Assembly (NCBI GenBank): GCA_050010755.1
Contig: JBEKKK010000001.1
Coordinates: 1,344,001 to 1,408,000 of the forward strand
DNA from: Candidatus Bathyarchaeia archaeon
Lineage (GTDB): Archaea; Thermoproteota; Bathyarchaeia; Bathyarchaeales; Bathycorpusculaceae
Direction of reading: 5' to 3'
Length of the DNA stretch: 64,000 nucleotides
Within the stretch, counting starts at the first letter, position 1; the number at the start of each line of letters is the position of its first letter. Made by a program: the position numbers and the translations under genes. Positions 38,526 to 49,570 of this stretch are shown here, one piece after another. The notes beneath the pieces were generated by a model. The model saw only the letters and a list, made by a program, of their open reading frames with translations, was not told the origin of the DNA and searched no databases.

Positions 38526-38965
38526 CAAAAGCACTTTCTGGAAGCTAGTGGAAAGTGCACTGTTTTGTTTTCACGTCCGCGACATAGGTCGACGCTAGGT
38601 TGAGCGGGAAGTTGCACAAACTAAAGTCTAAGAGTATAATTGGATCATATTTGGATCATATCGTGGACCGGGGGGAGGGGCCGTTGGCGCACACATATCG
38701 GTCTCATCCTGCCCATGAGCGAAATTTGAAATCATGAATTCGCGCTCTATTACGGTCAGAAACGGAATTATGAACACCCATGCGCGTTAGGCATATATTT
38801 AATAGATGGTTTAAAAAGGCGGAGGAAGTCTTGTGCCGTTTATGAAAGCAGTCCAAGTCCGTGCTCCTGGAGCAGATTTTGAGTGCCGCCAGTGTCACAA
38901 TCATTAATAGGGATAGAAATAGGAATGGCGCGCGTTTCTTATTTGGATTTGACATTTTTGCTGGG

Positions 38966-39907
38966 TTATGGTCTGTATCCGTCGAGGACGCACAGTGCCA
39001 AGGCCGCTGCGATTATATCTGCTGTCGTCCCTGGGTTCAGGAGGTTGCTATATTTTCTGAGTTCTTGGTCAAAATCGTTCATGCTTTTTTTGCCCAGAGG
39101 GGTTTCGGTTCCGCCGAGGTTCAAGATCAGTTTGGCTTTTGTTGAGATTTCTCTTGATTTTTCGATGCCTGCCTTTCTGGTTATGAAGGTGTCGGGAACC
39201 TTTGCCAGGACTTCCAGGAAGGTTTGGACTGTGGCGGTATTGGAGTCGTTCTTGTTTTGCAGTTTTTTGGTGAGGCTTGGGTAGGCAAGATCGAAGGTTA
39301 TTGGGTAGTTGTTTATCCATTCTGAGCAGATGCTGTCATATTTTTCTGCTATCTCGAAAACTTTGTACAATGATATTTGGTCGTGAAGTATTCTGTTTAC
39401 CGAGTTTGGGTCGTTGATGTCTAAGTTTGGAGCCTTTCCGAGTCCACCAGGGTTCGCCAGATTTATCGCTGCATACATGTTGACAGCGTCTCTCGGTGTG
39501 GTTGATTCTACGATGAGTTTCAGGTCTTTTCTCAATATTTCAAGGTTATCGGTTGTCGACGCCATTCCAGAAGCCACCGCAATGGGGAAGAGCAGGATGA
39601 TAGTGCCTAGAAGGGTGTTGCCACCGTGTTGCCAAGCGTTGATGTCAGTTATGCACTTTCGTATTAAACGTCCCACTCCCACATCAGCCAATTCTATCTC
39701 GCCTTGCGAGACCGAGATTCCTCGTTGAGCGGCAGTTTCGAAGGAGGGCGCGACAGCCACTGCCGAAGCGAGAAAGTGAGTATAAAAGGTCTTCTCGAAA
39801 TTAGCCGCTATGCTCACGTTACCAGGTTTAGGAGCGCTGACTTCTAGCAGGATGGCCAGCTCCAGACATCGCGCGATGTCCTTGGCTCGGTTGGTTACTC
39901 TCGGCAT
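38966..39907 (-). CDS. citG: Triphosphoribosyl-dephospho-CoA synthase (CitG family)
   Basis: LEVSAPKPGNV, NTLLG, PDT.I.RK.G, NPGTTAD. Confidence 0.9.
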   Translation of the reverse strand: MPRVTNRAKDIARCLELAILLEVSAPKPGNVSIAANFEKTFYTHFLASAVAVAPSFETAAQRGISVSQGEIELADVGVGRLIRKCITDINAWQHGGNTLLGTIILLFPIAVASGMASTTDNLEILRKDLKLIVESTTPRDAVNMYAAINLANPGGLGKAPNLDINDPNSVNRILHDQISLYKVFEIAEKYDSICSEWINNYPITFDLAYPSLTKKLQNKNDSNTATVQTFLEVLAKVPDTFITRKAGIEKSREISTKAKLILNLGGTETPLGKKSMNDFDQELRKYSNLLNPGTTADIIAAALALCVLDGYRP

Positions 39908-40083
39908 CCTTGTTTCCCCAATAAATTGGACGTTAAGACGAGAAGTTTTATTAACATTGTGTAAAAGCGTACAATCCAGTGAAGTATTTTACATCGACGC
40001 ACGATCGTAATGCCCTTCCTAACTCGAAGCTGCGGAAGTTTAAAGAGAAGTAAATATCGTTGTCGATTCTTGGGAGTGAGGTC

Positions 40084-40491
40084 ATGCCCAACTATCCAAA
40101 ATGTGGTTCAGAAGTGAGAAGATGGTTTTTTGCCCGAAGTGTGGTGCTTCTTTGAGGGCAAAATCTGGACTGATTGGAGAGACGAACTGAAGGGGAGGCG
40201 AAGAAAATGGAGGGAAGAGAGATGGAGGCTCAGGAATCATAGGCGCAGGCTACAAGAAGTGAGAAAGAAGAGAAATGGGAAAAAACTGAAAAGCATAAGT
40301 ACATCTTCCTGGGGCCGCTCATCGGCGGATTAGTGTTGATAGTATTCGGTGCTTTTCTCTACTTGATAACAGCGGGAGGTTACAGGTCGCAGATATTGTA
40401 AGCGTTGTTCTTTTTCTTTGTTGGCGTGATAATCATCGCTACCGCTGCCTACGGCGCTATCATGGCGAGAAGAAGGCACCCCAAACCTTAG
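40084..40491 (+). pseudogene. Degraded zinc-ribbon membrane protein
   Basis: MPNYPKCGS and MVFCPKCGASL lie in different frames; TM segment is interrupted by an in-frame TAA. Confidence 0.7.
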
Positions 40492-40608
40492 GAGAAATCT
40501 ATTCGAGATGGAAGTGCCGGGATCTGATTTTCTCTTCCGCAGTTTCAGTTCTGAGCGTAGTTTGCCAATGAACGTTTCCTCAGGGTCTCCAAATTATGGA
40601 GCGAGTTT

Positions 40609-41247
40609 CTACCTGAGGCTTAGCTTTTCTCCGGTGGCTATGTAGACTATTGATTCGCCGATGTAGATCGCGTGATCTGCTATTCTTTCAAGGTATCTTA
40701 CGACGAGAAGGTTGCAGACCAGGCATTTTGTTTTTGGGGGGGCTTTCGAGAGTAGGTCCAAGTAAGCTGCGTATATTTCGTCCACTTCGTTCTCGGTTTT
40801 GGCCAAGGTCCTTGCCATGTCTGCATCGTTGTCACTGAGCGCTTTGATACTTGTGCCGACCATTTGCAGGGTTTTCTCTGTAATCTTGTTCATGAGCTCG
40901 CTTGATTGCACGCACTCTTTGCAGCTGGCAAGTTTTCTATGGGTGAAAGAAATGTCCCAGGCATATCGGCCGTATCTTTCCATGTCGTAAGCAATTTTCA
41001 TGTAAGAATTGATTATTCTCAAATCAGAAGCAACCGGTTGGTACTTGACTATCAGCTCAAAAGCTTTGTCTTCGGCCGTCACAGTCATCGCGACCAGAAG
41101 CTCTGAAAGCTCATGAACTTCATCGCCCACATCTTCGCCTTCAAGGAAACCTTGCACTGCGACGTTGATGGCTCTGTTTGCAACCTCTCCCATTTTGAAC
41201 AAACCAGCTGTGAGCTGCTCCAAACCCGTGTCCAATAACCTGCTCAT
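40609..41247 (-). CDS. phoU: Phosphate signalling protein PhoU
   Basis: QPVASDLR...DMERYG; RYLERIADHA..I.E. Confidence 0.93.
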   Translation of the reverse strand: MSRLLDTGLEQLTAGLFKMGEVANRAINVAVQGFLEGEDVGDEVHELSELLVAMTVTAEDKAFELIVKYQPVASDLRIINSYMKIAYDMERYGRYAWDISFTHRKLASCKECVQSSELMNKITEKTLQMVGTSIKALSDNDADMARTLAKTENEVDEIYAAYLDLLSKAPPKTKCLVCNLLVVRYLERIADHAIYIGESIVYIATGEKLSLR

Positions 41248-41257
41248 GTTTTCACTC

Positions 41258-42121
41258 TTAACCGAACCTTCCTGTTATATACTTCTCGGTAAGTTCACTT
41301 TTCGGATTCTCGAAAATGCTCCAGGTGGAGCCGTATTCTATGAGTTCTCCCACGTAGAGGAAAGCTGTGAAATCTGAAACCCTGGCCGCCTGTTGCATGT
41401 TGTGCGTGACGACCACCACCGTGTAGTCTTCCTTGAGTGTAACTATCAGCTCCTCAATCTTGGCTGTAGCGGCAGGATCAAGGGCTGAGCACGGCTCATC
41501 CATGAGTATGACTTCAGGCTGCAGCGCAATGGCACGCGCGATGCACAGTCGTTGCTGCTGTCCTCCTGAAATGCTCGTACCAGGCTTCTTCATGTCATCC
41601 TTCACTTCATCCCACAGGGTCGCCTGTTCGAGACTATGCCTTACCACCTCGTCAAGGTTTTTGCCTTTCTTCAGTCCTGTAAGTCTCAAGCCTGCGGCAA
41701 CGTTATCGTGTATGGACATTGTCGGAAACGGGTTCGGTTTCTGGAAAACCATCCCCACTCTCCTGCGGATTAAGACAGGGTCAACTTCCTTCGAGTAAAT
41801 GTTCTGTCCGTCTAAAAGCACTTTTCCCGACGATCTGGAGCCGGGAACCAGCTCATGCATCCTGTTGAGACATCGAACAAACGTTGATTTTCCGCAGCCG
41901 GATGGCCCTATTATGGCAGTGACTGCGTTAGCTTTGATGGAGAGATTAATGTCTTTCAAGGCTTGCTTGGCACCGAACCATGCGTTTAGGTTGATGGTTT
42001 GTATCTTTATTCCGGTTGGCACTGAATTTTGCATGTTCGAAGTCTTCACATCATCCATGTTTTCGTTCATTCCGGCATTCTCACTTTCGAAGCCAGCCAC
42101 TGCTAGCTGCTCTGACGCCAA
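41258..42121 (-). CDS. pstB: Phosphate ABC transporter ATPase
   Basis: [40 protein letters not shown]. Confidence 0.97.
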   Translation of the reverse strand: MASEQLAVAGFESENAGMNENMDDVKTSNMQNSVPTGIKIQTINLNAWFGAKQALKDINLSIKANAVTAIIGPSGCGKSTFVRCLNRMHELVPGSRSSGKVLLDGQNIYSKEVDPVLIRRRVGMVFQKPNPFPTMSIHDNVAAGLRLTGLKKGKNLDEVVRHSLEQATLWDEVKDDMKKPGTSISGGQQQRLCIARAIALQPEVILMDEPCSALDPAATAKIEELIVTLKEDYTVVVVTHNMQQAARVSDFTAFLYVGELIEYGSTWSIFENPKSELTEKYITGRFG

Positions 42122-42935
42122 TGTTAAGGCTTAGGACTATTAAAATCAAGAACAAAGCCGCTCCCCAAGCTTGCGCCTGAAAGTTCGAATAAGGCAGGAA
42201 AGCATCCCTATAGATTCTCAGCGGAAGAGCATCCATAGGCTGACCAAAGCCTTGGGAGAAATACTGCCCTCCGAGAATCGTCATAAGTAGGGGCGCAGTT
42301 TCACCAGCGATCCTTGCCGTGGCGAGAAGAGCACCAGTCACCAAACCTTTTCTGGCATCAGGCAACACAACGCTGACTGTGGTTCTCCAATTGCGCACAC
42401 CGAGGGCAAGCGACGCTTCACGAACGGAGTTTGGAACCAACTTCAACGATTCCTCCGTGGTTCTGGCAACTATGGGAATCGCGATGAAAGAAAGGGCAAC
42501 AGCGCCTGCTAGAGGCGAATAGTGACCCAGAGTGAGAACCACAACGGCGAAGACTGTGATACCAACGACTATGGAGGGAACTCCTGTCAGCGCGTTGTTG
42601 AAAATTCTCATCCAAGCAGCATACGCGCTTGTATACTTGTTGTTGCCGTGTTCGGCCAAGAATATTCCCGACATCACGCCGAAAGGCATGCTGATTAGGC
42701 AAGTAAGTCCTATCAGGATTAAGGTTCCCTGAATTGCGGGGCCTATGCCGCCTGCGTCCGAGGATCCAATGACTCCCCCAGTTTGTGTCAGGAACTTGAT
42801 GCTGAGTTCCGGTGCTCCCTTCAAGATAACCTCGATTAGGATGCTCAGCAAGGGGACGGCGGCGATGATGACGCATCCTAGGCTGAGCGCTAAGAAGAGT
42901 TTATTCTTGAACTTCCTGTAGGTGTAGCTCGTCAT
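42081..42935 (-). CDS. pstA: Phosphate ABC transporter permease
   Basis: [27 protein letters not shown]. Confidence 0.95.
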   Translation of the reverse strand: MTSYTYRKFKNKLFLALSLGCVIIAAVPLLSILIEVILKGAPELSIKFLTQTGGVIGSSDAGGIGPAIQGTLILIGLTCLISMPFGVMSGIFLAEHGNNKYTSAYAAWMRIFNNALTGVPSIVVGITVFAVVVLTLGHYSPLAGAVALSFIAIPIVARTTEESLKLVPNSVREASLALGVRNWRTTVSVVLPDARKGLVTGALLATARIAGETAPLLMTILGGQYFSQGFGQPMDALPLRIYRDAFLPYSNFQAQAWGAALFLILIVLSLNIGVRAASSGWLRK

Positions 42936-43889
42936 CTATTCCACGGCACCTCCTTTGACTTTGAGGACGCGGGTCACCATGACTTGGGCAATCACGTTTA
43001 TCGAAAGACTGAGCAAGAGCAAGAACAACCCGATGCCTATGTATGCTGATAACTCCAGGGTTCCAGGCGTTGCTTCCAGGAAGTTGTTGGCTATGAGTGA
43101 TGCCATCGTTTGGCTGGGTTTGAAAAGCGAAGTGGGGATTGCTGAAGGGCCAATGGTATTTCCAATTACCATGGTGACTGCCATTGTTTCCCCCACTGCT
43201 CTGCCGAGGCCCAGGATTACCGCCCCAAAGATTCCTGAACGGCCATAGCTTAGCACCCAATTTCTGATTACTTCCCACTTAGTTGCTCCGATGCTGTATG
43301 CTCCTTCTCGGATCGAGTTGGGAACTGCTTGAATGACTTCTCTGGAGATTGATGACACTGTTGGTATTATCATAATCGCTAGGATTACTCCGCCGTTGAG
43401 CACGTCTAGACCCTGAGGAGTTCCGCCGAATATCGGGATCCAACCTAAGTAACGAGACAGAGGGATCTCGACGTAGTCTAGAAGCCAGAACCTAAGAACA
43501 AAGTACCCCCATAGTCCGTATATTACGCTTGGGACCGCAGCGAGCATATCCACGAGGTACGAAACTGATACTCTCAACGTTCTGGGAGCCATCTCTACGA
43601 GAAAAATCGCTATTCCAATACTAAGTGGCACGCCAATGAGGAGTGCAATGGCTGAAGTGACGAGCGTTCCAAGAAGGTAAGGAAGGGCTCCGTATATCTC
43701 CGGGTTGACCATTGTTTGAACAGGGTTCCATTTCGTGCCCGTGAAGAAGTATATGCCGAATTTCTGCAACACCGGCAAAGAGCCAACAAAGAGTTCGTAT
43801 GCAGTAATCATGAGGATGGCGGCAGCTGAAACTGCGAGTAGAGCCGTCAATGTCTTGAACAGATTGTCCCCAGACAATCTTGGACTCAT
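42936..43889 (-). CDS. pstC: Phosphate ABC transporter permease
   Basis: LAAVPSVIYGLWG, LGLGRAVGETMAV. Confidence 0.96.
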   Translation of the reverse strand: MSPRLSGDNLFKTLTALLAVSAAAILMITAYELFVGSLPVLQKFGIYFFTGTKWNPVQTMVNPEIYGALPYLLGTLVTSAIALLIGVPLSIGIAIFLVEMAPRTLRVSVSYLVDMLAAVPSVIYGLWGYFVLRFWLLDYVEIPLSRYLGWIPIFGGTPQGLDVLNGGVILAIMIIPTVSSISREVIQAVPNSIREGAYSIGATKWEVIRNWVLSYGRSGIFGAVILGLGRAVGETMAVTMVIGNTIGPSAIPTSLFKPSQTMASLIANNFLEATPGTLELSAYIGIGLFLLLLSLSINVIAQVMVTRVLKVKGGAVE

Positions 43890-43967
43890 GTCAACCGGTC
43901 CTCACCCTTACTGAAATCAGGATCAAAAAAAGGATTTTGGGGAGCGTGTCCAATTCTTGACACTCTG

Positions 43968-45119
43968 TTAGCTCGTGGGCAGATGTTGTCCGTTGAAGGT
44001 TATCGATTGGATGGTGGCTTCGTCTATTTGTACTACGTTTGTTGGAAGTGGAACATACTCTAGACCGGAAGAATATTGTTGGCCGCCGTTTGGTTGCACA
44101 ACCCACCAGAGGAACTGAACAAGAGCTGTTGCCTTAGACTGCGACATTCCAGGGACCACGTTGAGTTCTTGGTACACTAGTAGGTACGTGAAGCTTACTA
44201 TGGGATAGGCTTGCGGGTCATTGGCGTTTACAAGGCTTACGTTCGTCCAACTCTGATTCCCCGCCGGCAAACCGCTTGAAGCACCTACCTGTACGGCTAA
44301 TTGAATGGTGCTGAGGGAAGGTAGAATCCAGTTGCCCGTCGGGTTCTGAACTGCTGCCACTGTCATAGCATTCTGTAGCGCGTAGGCCAATTCGACGTAT
44401 CCGATGGTGTATTGAGTGTTGTTGACGTCCTCGGCCACTCCCGTATTGCCACTTGCGCCAAGACCTACAGGCCAGGAAACCGTTTTGCCCTGTCCGATTG
44501 TCTCGTTCCATGCAGGACTGGACACGCTTAGGTAACCAGTGAAGATGAAAGTAGTACCGGAACCGTCGGACCGGTGAATTGTAGTTATGCTTTTGGCGGG
44601 TAACGTTGTGTTCGTATTTAGGTTTTGTATCTCCGGGTCGTTCCACATTGTAACGGTGCCAGCGAAGATGTCGGCGATGACCTTGCCAGTCAGGTGAAGA
44701 CCTGTTGAGATTCCTGGCAGATTGTACGCTATTGTGACGGCGCCTATTGTTTCTGGGATGTGAAGTGCGCCTGGTGCTTTAGCCATGTCAGCTGGCCCTA
44801 GCGGTGCGTCTGAGGCAGCGAAGTCTACTAATTTGCTTTCGAGATCTGAGATACCTCCTCCGCTACCTATCGATTGATAGCTAACTTGGACACTGGAGTT
44901 TTGGTCGTGATAGTGTGAAATCATCACGGACAGCAACGGATAAGGGAATGTTGCCCCCGCACCGGTCAGTGTTATCGTTGTTGGGGTTGGCGATGATGAC
45001 GACTTGCCAGACGATGACAGATATGCATATCCGGCTACGCCTGCCACGATGACTACGATTGCGGCTATTGCAATAACAATCTTGTAATTCATTTTGGCAT
45101 CTCTTCTTTTTGCATTCAA
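43968..45119 (-). CDS. pstS: Phosphate ABC transporter substrate-binding protein
   Basis: GAGATFP, YQSIGSGGG, DFAASD, HRSDGSGTT. Confidence 0.97.
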   Translation of the reverse strand: MNAKRRDAKMNYKIVIAIAAIVVIVAGVAGYAYLSSSGKSSSSPTPTTITLTGAGATFPYPLLSVMISHYHDQNSSVQVSYQSIGSGGGISDLESKLVDFAASDAPLGPADMAKAPGALHIPETIGAVTIAYNLPGISTGLHLTGKVIADIFAGTVTMWNDPEIQNLNTNTTLPAKSITTIHRSDGSGTTFIFTGYLSVSSPAWNETIGQGKTVSWPVGLGASGNTGVAEDVNNTQYTIGYVELAYALQNAMTVAAVQNPTGNWILPSLSTIQLAVQVGASSGLPAGNQSWTNVSLVNANDPQAYPIVSFTYLLVYQELNVVPGMSQSKATALVQFLWWVVQPNGGQQYSSGLEYVPLPTNVVQIDEATIQSITFNGQHLPTS

Positions 45120-45213
45120 TTTTCGAGCCTAGAATGGTTAAGCGGAATTATATAGGTTGCTTATGTATTCTTTATATACTATATAGAAAAAGATTTAATA
45201 AATAGATGGCAGT

Positions 45214-46287
45214 GTGACTATAAAGATGACTAAATTGTCTCCCCTTTCCAAAAAACAAGAAGGAGAAATGAGAAGACTTCAAGTGACTGGCGGATCCACC
45301 TACATAGTCTCTTTGCCCAAGAAATGGGTCACAAAAAACCAGCTTAAGAAAGGTAGCTTACTGCTAATCTCCGAAGAAGAAAACGGCTCCCTCGCAGTCT
45401 CATCACAGAACGCTTTGACGACGGAGAAGAGCGCTGGCGACGCACTTATCAAGGTGTCTTCAAACGATAACCCAAATACCATAGTTAGAAAAACTGTTTC
45501 AGCCTACTTGGTAGGCTATAATATGATTCGCATGAAGACCCAAGAGCATCAACAAATGACCTCCAAACAGAGAAACACGATAAAGGACTTCGCACGTCGC
45601 TTACTCGTTGGAACAGAAATCGTCACAGACACTCCGACGGAACTCATATTACAGGTTCTGCTAAGCTATCCCGAACTCTCAATCCAAAGTGCCTTGAGAA
45701 GAATGTGCATCATAACTTCTTCTATGCACAAAGACGCCTTGACCGCGCTGAAAGAACTTGACTCGCAGCTGGCAAAGGGCGTTGTGGCAACAGACGATGA
45801 AGTTGACCGATTCAATCTATACGTGGTACGACAGCTCAAAGTGGCGATACAGAATCCACGGATCATAAGAGAAATAGGCCTAAAAAACGCGAGGGACTGC
45901 CTTGGCTATCGCCAGGTAACAAAGTCTGTAGAAAGAGTAGCAGATCACGCAGCCAGCATCGCGGAGAACGTTCTGTTACTAAAGAAGCCCATAGACGAAG
46001 AGATTCTCAAAAACGTCGAGGAAATGAGCAACATTGCCGTTTCGTTGTTTGAAACTGCAATAGACTCCCTGTTCCGACTGGACTTCAATCTCGCAGAAAG
46101 CGTAATCCAAAAAACAAAAGATGTCAGCTTCCCGATGAAAGAGGCATTGCTTTCCTCAAAGAAGGTTGGAACAGAAGAAGTGGCTAACCTGAGGCTGGTT
46201 ATTGAAAGTCTGAGAAGAACAGCAGAGTATGCCAGCGACATCGCAGAAATTGTCCTCAACATGACCGTGGAAACAATTGTAGAGTGA
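45214..46287 (+). CDS. Archaeal phosphate uptake regulator (AbrB-like N-terminus plus PhoU domains)
   Basis: RRLQVTGGSTYIVSLPKKW; DDEVDRF; ERVADHA. Confidence 0.93.
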   Translation: MTIKMTKLSPLSKKQEGEMRRLQVTGGSTYIVSLPKKWVTKNQLKKGSLLLISEEENGSLAVSSQNALTTEKSAGDALIKVSSNDNPNTIVRKTVSAYLVGYNMIRMKTQEHQQMTSKQRNTIKDFARRLLVGTEIVTDTPTELILQVLLSYPELSIQSALRRMCIITSSMHKDALTALKELDSQLAKGVVATDDEVDRFNLYVVRQLKVAIQNPRIIREIGLKNARDCLGYRQVTKSVERVADHAASIAENVLLLKKPIDEEILKNVEEMSNIAVSLFETAIDSLFRLDFNLAESVIQKTKDVSFPMKEALLSSKKVGTEEVANLRLVIESLRRTAEYASDIAEIVLNMTVETIVE

Positions 46288-47201
46288 GCGGCCGAGAGTT
46301 AAACAAACTAACCAACGCGCGACCTATGTTAACCCGCGCGCTCAAACGGACTCAAGTAGCAACATACAAACTTCGATCTTTAAACAAGTCGGCTCGCTTT
46401 TCGGGAACAAGCAATGGCTAAAGCGCACTAGCTAATTCTTCAGAAGGACACTTCCGTTCTGAGAGTCGGGTATCACTCTTCAATTATCACAGATCCATGT
46501 ATCTCAGGCGCATCGAGAATCAGCTTTAAAATCGACCACCTGCAGTGCATCGAGAATAACAAGGACAAGATGCTCACATTTTCCCTTTTTATTCTTCCTT
46601 ATTTTGCCCATTTTGCTCATCTAAGACATAAGGATTTTTTTCCAATCAAACGGTGAAGAGCACGGGGCTTTCCTGATCGGTTTGATATTCTTATCTATTT
46701 CCTTGTCTTTCACCATGATTGCTTATGATATTACATATCAGGGCGGCTAATTTGTGATTTGCAAATAGACTATTGAGGACATGTTTTCTTACATAGAATG
46801 GAGATTTGCGATTCCTACTATAACTCTTGAACTCAAGAGCATTGGATCCAACATTGTGAATTCCGCCGAATTATTTACTCATACGCATTGCCCTGCTGCT
46901 AAATGAAACATTTGGAAAGAAAGAGTTAGGCTCTCAAGATTTCGAAACATCTTTTCTCATTTTCTTCGTCTCTGATTACTCTCGTGGCCAATGTCTCCTC
47001 AAATGCAATGCTTCACAATTGGGAAGCGACGACTAAGTCTCATTAAAGCAAAAGCGAGGCATGACTAAAGCCTAAAGAATGCCAACACTTTGATAAATCG
47101 TGCAGAAGGCATCAAAGACCATAGTGGAAAAGCAGCCACATACGCGTATATAGTTTATTTTGGCAACGAATAAATCCATTGCCTCGATGTAAAAACCCAT
47201 T

Positions 47202-47579
47202 ATGCTGAAGCAGATTTCGCTTGCCCAAGCAAAAAGAACCAAGAGAGACAGGTTTTTCATTATCTCGGCCATGCTGTCTCACGCGGGCAGGGGTGCCTGC
47301 AAGACCCACCTTATGAACAGGGTTGGATTAAGTTCTTCCCAGGTCGAGGCATATCTACAAGTACTTTTACAGTCAGAACTGCTGGAAGTTTCAAATTGCA
47401 GGAGGAAGTCTTTGTACAGAACGACCGAGAAAGGAAAAAACTTTCTTTGCGTATTCGATGCTCTTATCAGTTTGCTGGATGACGCGCACAACGTTCTGCC
47501 TAGTGCAGAATCCGAACGACTCTTGCTCTGTGTTGATAATAAATTGAAAGTCTCAATTTCAGGCATGGCTTCAGTATAG
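47202..47579 (+). CDS. Archaeal winged-helix protein (HTH_45-like)
   Basis: KRDR..II...KTHLM..VGLS...Y.TTEKG..FL. Confidence 0.8.
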   Translation: MLKQISLAQAKRTKRDRFFIISAMLSHAGRGACKTHLMNRVGLSSSQVEAYLQVLLQSELLEVSNCRRKSLYRTTEKGKNFLCVFDALISLLDDAHNVLPSAESERLLLCVDNKLKVSISGMASV

Positions 47580-47618
47580 CAGCTAATATTAGGATCGTCA
47601 AAGTAATTAGCACATGAG

Positions 47619-48539
47619 GTGTTCTTCAAAATGTCTATCGGGGCCGTTGAAAATTTCAAAGTGCCTGCAGGGAAAGAGATAGACTTGAAAGCTTATGATC
47701 CACGTTGGGTCCCAAAATGGGCCAAATCCATGGAAGACAAAGAAGGGAAAAAAGCAGTGAAGAGGCAAGCGTTAGATATCCTTGAGAAGAACAAGCAAAA
47801 GCTTGCAAACATGCAGGAATTGCTTTGGGCAAGCGACACCTATTCAATGCTTATTATCCTCCAGGGAATGGACGCAGCGGGCAAGGACGGAGTGATCAGT
47901 CACGTGATGGCGGGCGTCAATCCCCAAGGATGCCAAGTCTTTGGGTTCAAAGCACCGTCTGAGGAAGAATTGAATCACGATTTCCTGTGGCGACACGTGA
48001 AAGTGCTTCCTGAGAGAGGGCGAATAGGTATTTTCAATCGCTCATACTATGAGGATGTTCTCATAGTCAAAGTCCGCCCAGAAGTTTTGAAAACACAGAA
48101 GTTGCCGCCAGGGCCCAGAGACGAATCTTTCTGGCGTCAGCGATATGACGACATAAACGCGTTCGAACACCATCTACTACGGAACGGGACGATAGTTCTG
48201 AAATTCTTTCTGAACGTCTCAAGGGAGCAACAGAGACAACGTTTACTCAAACGACTCGAAGATCCAAACAAGTATTGGAAATTCTCTTTCACTGATCTTT
48301 CAGAAAGAGAAAAATGGGATAAATACATGGAAACGTATCAGGAGGTTCTCAGAGAGACAAGCACCAAATGGGCTCCGTGGTACGTCATTCCCGCAGACAA
48401 AAAATGGGTCACGTGGGCATCAGCCTCCGAGATCCTGACATCACAAATTGAGAATCTAGGCCTGAGGTATCCAGTTCTGAACGACGAGCAAACTATTGCT
48501 TTCAAAAAGGCAAAAGCAAAACTTGAAAAAGACCGCTAA
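47619..48539 (+). CDS. ppk2: Polyphosphate kinase 2 family protein
   Basis: QGMDAAGKDG, FKAPS.EE..HDFLWR, FNRSYYE, WAPWYVIPAD.K. Confidence 0.96.
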   Translation: MFFKMSIGAVENFKVPAGKEIDLKAYDPRWVPKWAKSMEDKEGKKAVKRQALDILEKNKQKLANMQELLWASDTYSMLIILQGMDAAGKDGVISHVMAGVNPQGCQVFGFKAPSEEELNHDFLWRHVKVLPERGRIGIFNRSYYEDVLIVKVRPEVLKTQKLPPGPRDESFWRQRYDDINAFEHHLLRNGTIVLKFFLNVSREQQRQRLLKRLEDPNKYWKFSFTDLSEREKWDKYMETYQEVLRETSTKWAPWYVIPADKKWVTWASASEILTSQIENLGLRYPVLNDEQTIAFKKAKAKLEKDR

Positions 48540-48568
48540 GACGAATCGAAAACCTTGGAAGAAAGAAA

Positions 48569-49393
48569 ATGGCAAGACTTGAGCTACTCCAATTAGAGAC
48601 GAAACAAAAGAATCGCTCCGGAAAAGAGCGGGAAGAAATCATCTCCAGACATCAACCGCCTTGGAAAAGGGACTTCGCCAACTCTAAGCGCGAATGGCGT
48701 CGGTTGTTCGCGGAGACTCTGGGAACATTCTTTCTATTGCTCGTGGCCGTAGGAGGCAGCATTGTTAGCGTATTGAACAAGGCAGTCATCAGTCCAGCAG
48801 GAGTGGCTGTAGTACCGGGTTTGATGGTGATGGTAATTATCTTGTTCATGGGGAAAGTCTCTGGAGCACACCTGAATCCAGCTGTCAGCATCTCTTTTGC
48901 CGCACGCGGTGATTTTCCTTGGCGGCGTGTTCCAGGCTATATCGTTGCGCAATTGGTAGGATCCATTCTGGCATGTCTGTTTCTGAGGTCCATATTGGGA
49001 AACGTACCCGGATTCGGCGCCACCGAACCTGGAACCGGCATCAGCGATCTGCAAGCGATGCTAATAGAGCTCGTGCTTACGCTGGGTTTGGTAAGCACGA
49101 TTCTCGGCACGGCATCCCAAGCGCAGAACGTTGGACCTCTCTCCGCCATCGGCGTAGGCGGGTACATCGCCCTCACAGGACTATGGGCGAATCCGATAAG
49201 CGGCGCTTCGATGAACCCCGCGCGATCGTTTGGCCCAGACCTCATACTCTTCAACTTCACCCATTACTGGGTTTACGCCGTCGGACCAATCGTCGGCGGA
49301 CTGATCGCTGTAGCATTTGCTTACATCCTCCGAGGGCCAGGTGGCGACACAGCAGCAATCCAGGCTGCCCAAGGAACTCTTGATCGTATGTGA
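48569..49393 (+). CDS. Aquaporin / MIP channel
   Basis: SGAHLNPAVS and GASMNPARSFGP. Confidence 0.95.
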   Translation: MARLELLQLETKQKNRSGKEREEIISRHQPPWKRDFANSKREWRRLFAETLGTFFLLLVAVGGSIVSVLNKAVISPAGVAVVPGLMVMVIILFMGKVSGAHLNPAVSISFAARGDFPWRRVPGYIVAQLVGSILACLFLRSILGNVPGFGATEPGTGISDLQAMLIELVLTLGLVSTILGTASQAQNVGPLSAIGVGGYIALTGLWANPISGASMNPARSFGPDLILFNFTHYWVYAVGPIVGGLIAVAFAYILRGPGGDTAAIQAAQGTLDRM

Positions 49394-49570
49394 TTTTGCA
49401 AAGCTGATAAGTCCGTCGAAAGCGTCGGCATTAAATTAAACGCTCACTCTTTCAAGAGCGCTTCAACGGGCATTACGCAGCCGGAAACAAGCTGTAAGTT
49501 TAGTAAATGCTTTCCTTTATTCGAAGGCGTTTGTCGAATCCGATTTCTAGTTCCAACAGTCCTTTGAAAC

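Noticed and set aside
38640-38681. TTGGATCATAT duplicated in tandem, plus a G-run
   Set aside because: Single short duplication with no other copies noticed; probably slippage.
46290-47200. About 900-bp gap without a long ORF
   Set aside because: No recognisable RNA gene, repeat or protein motif; possibly decayed sequence, but I cannot support a call.
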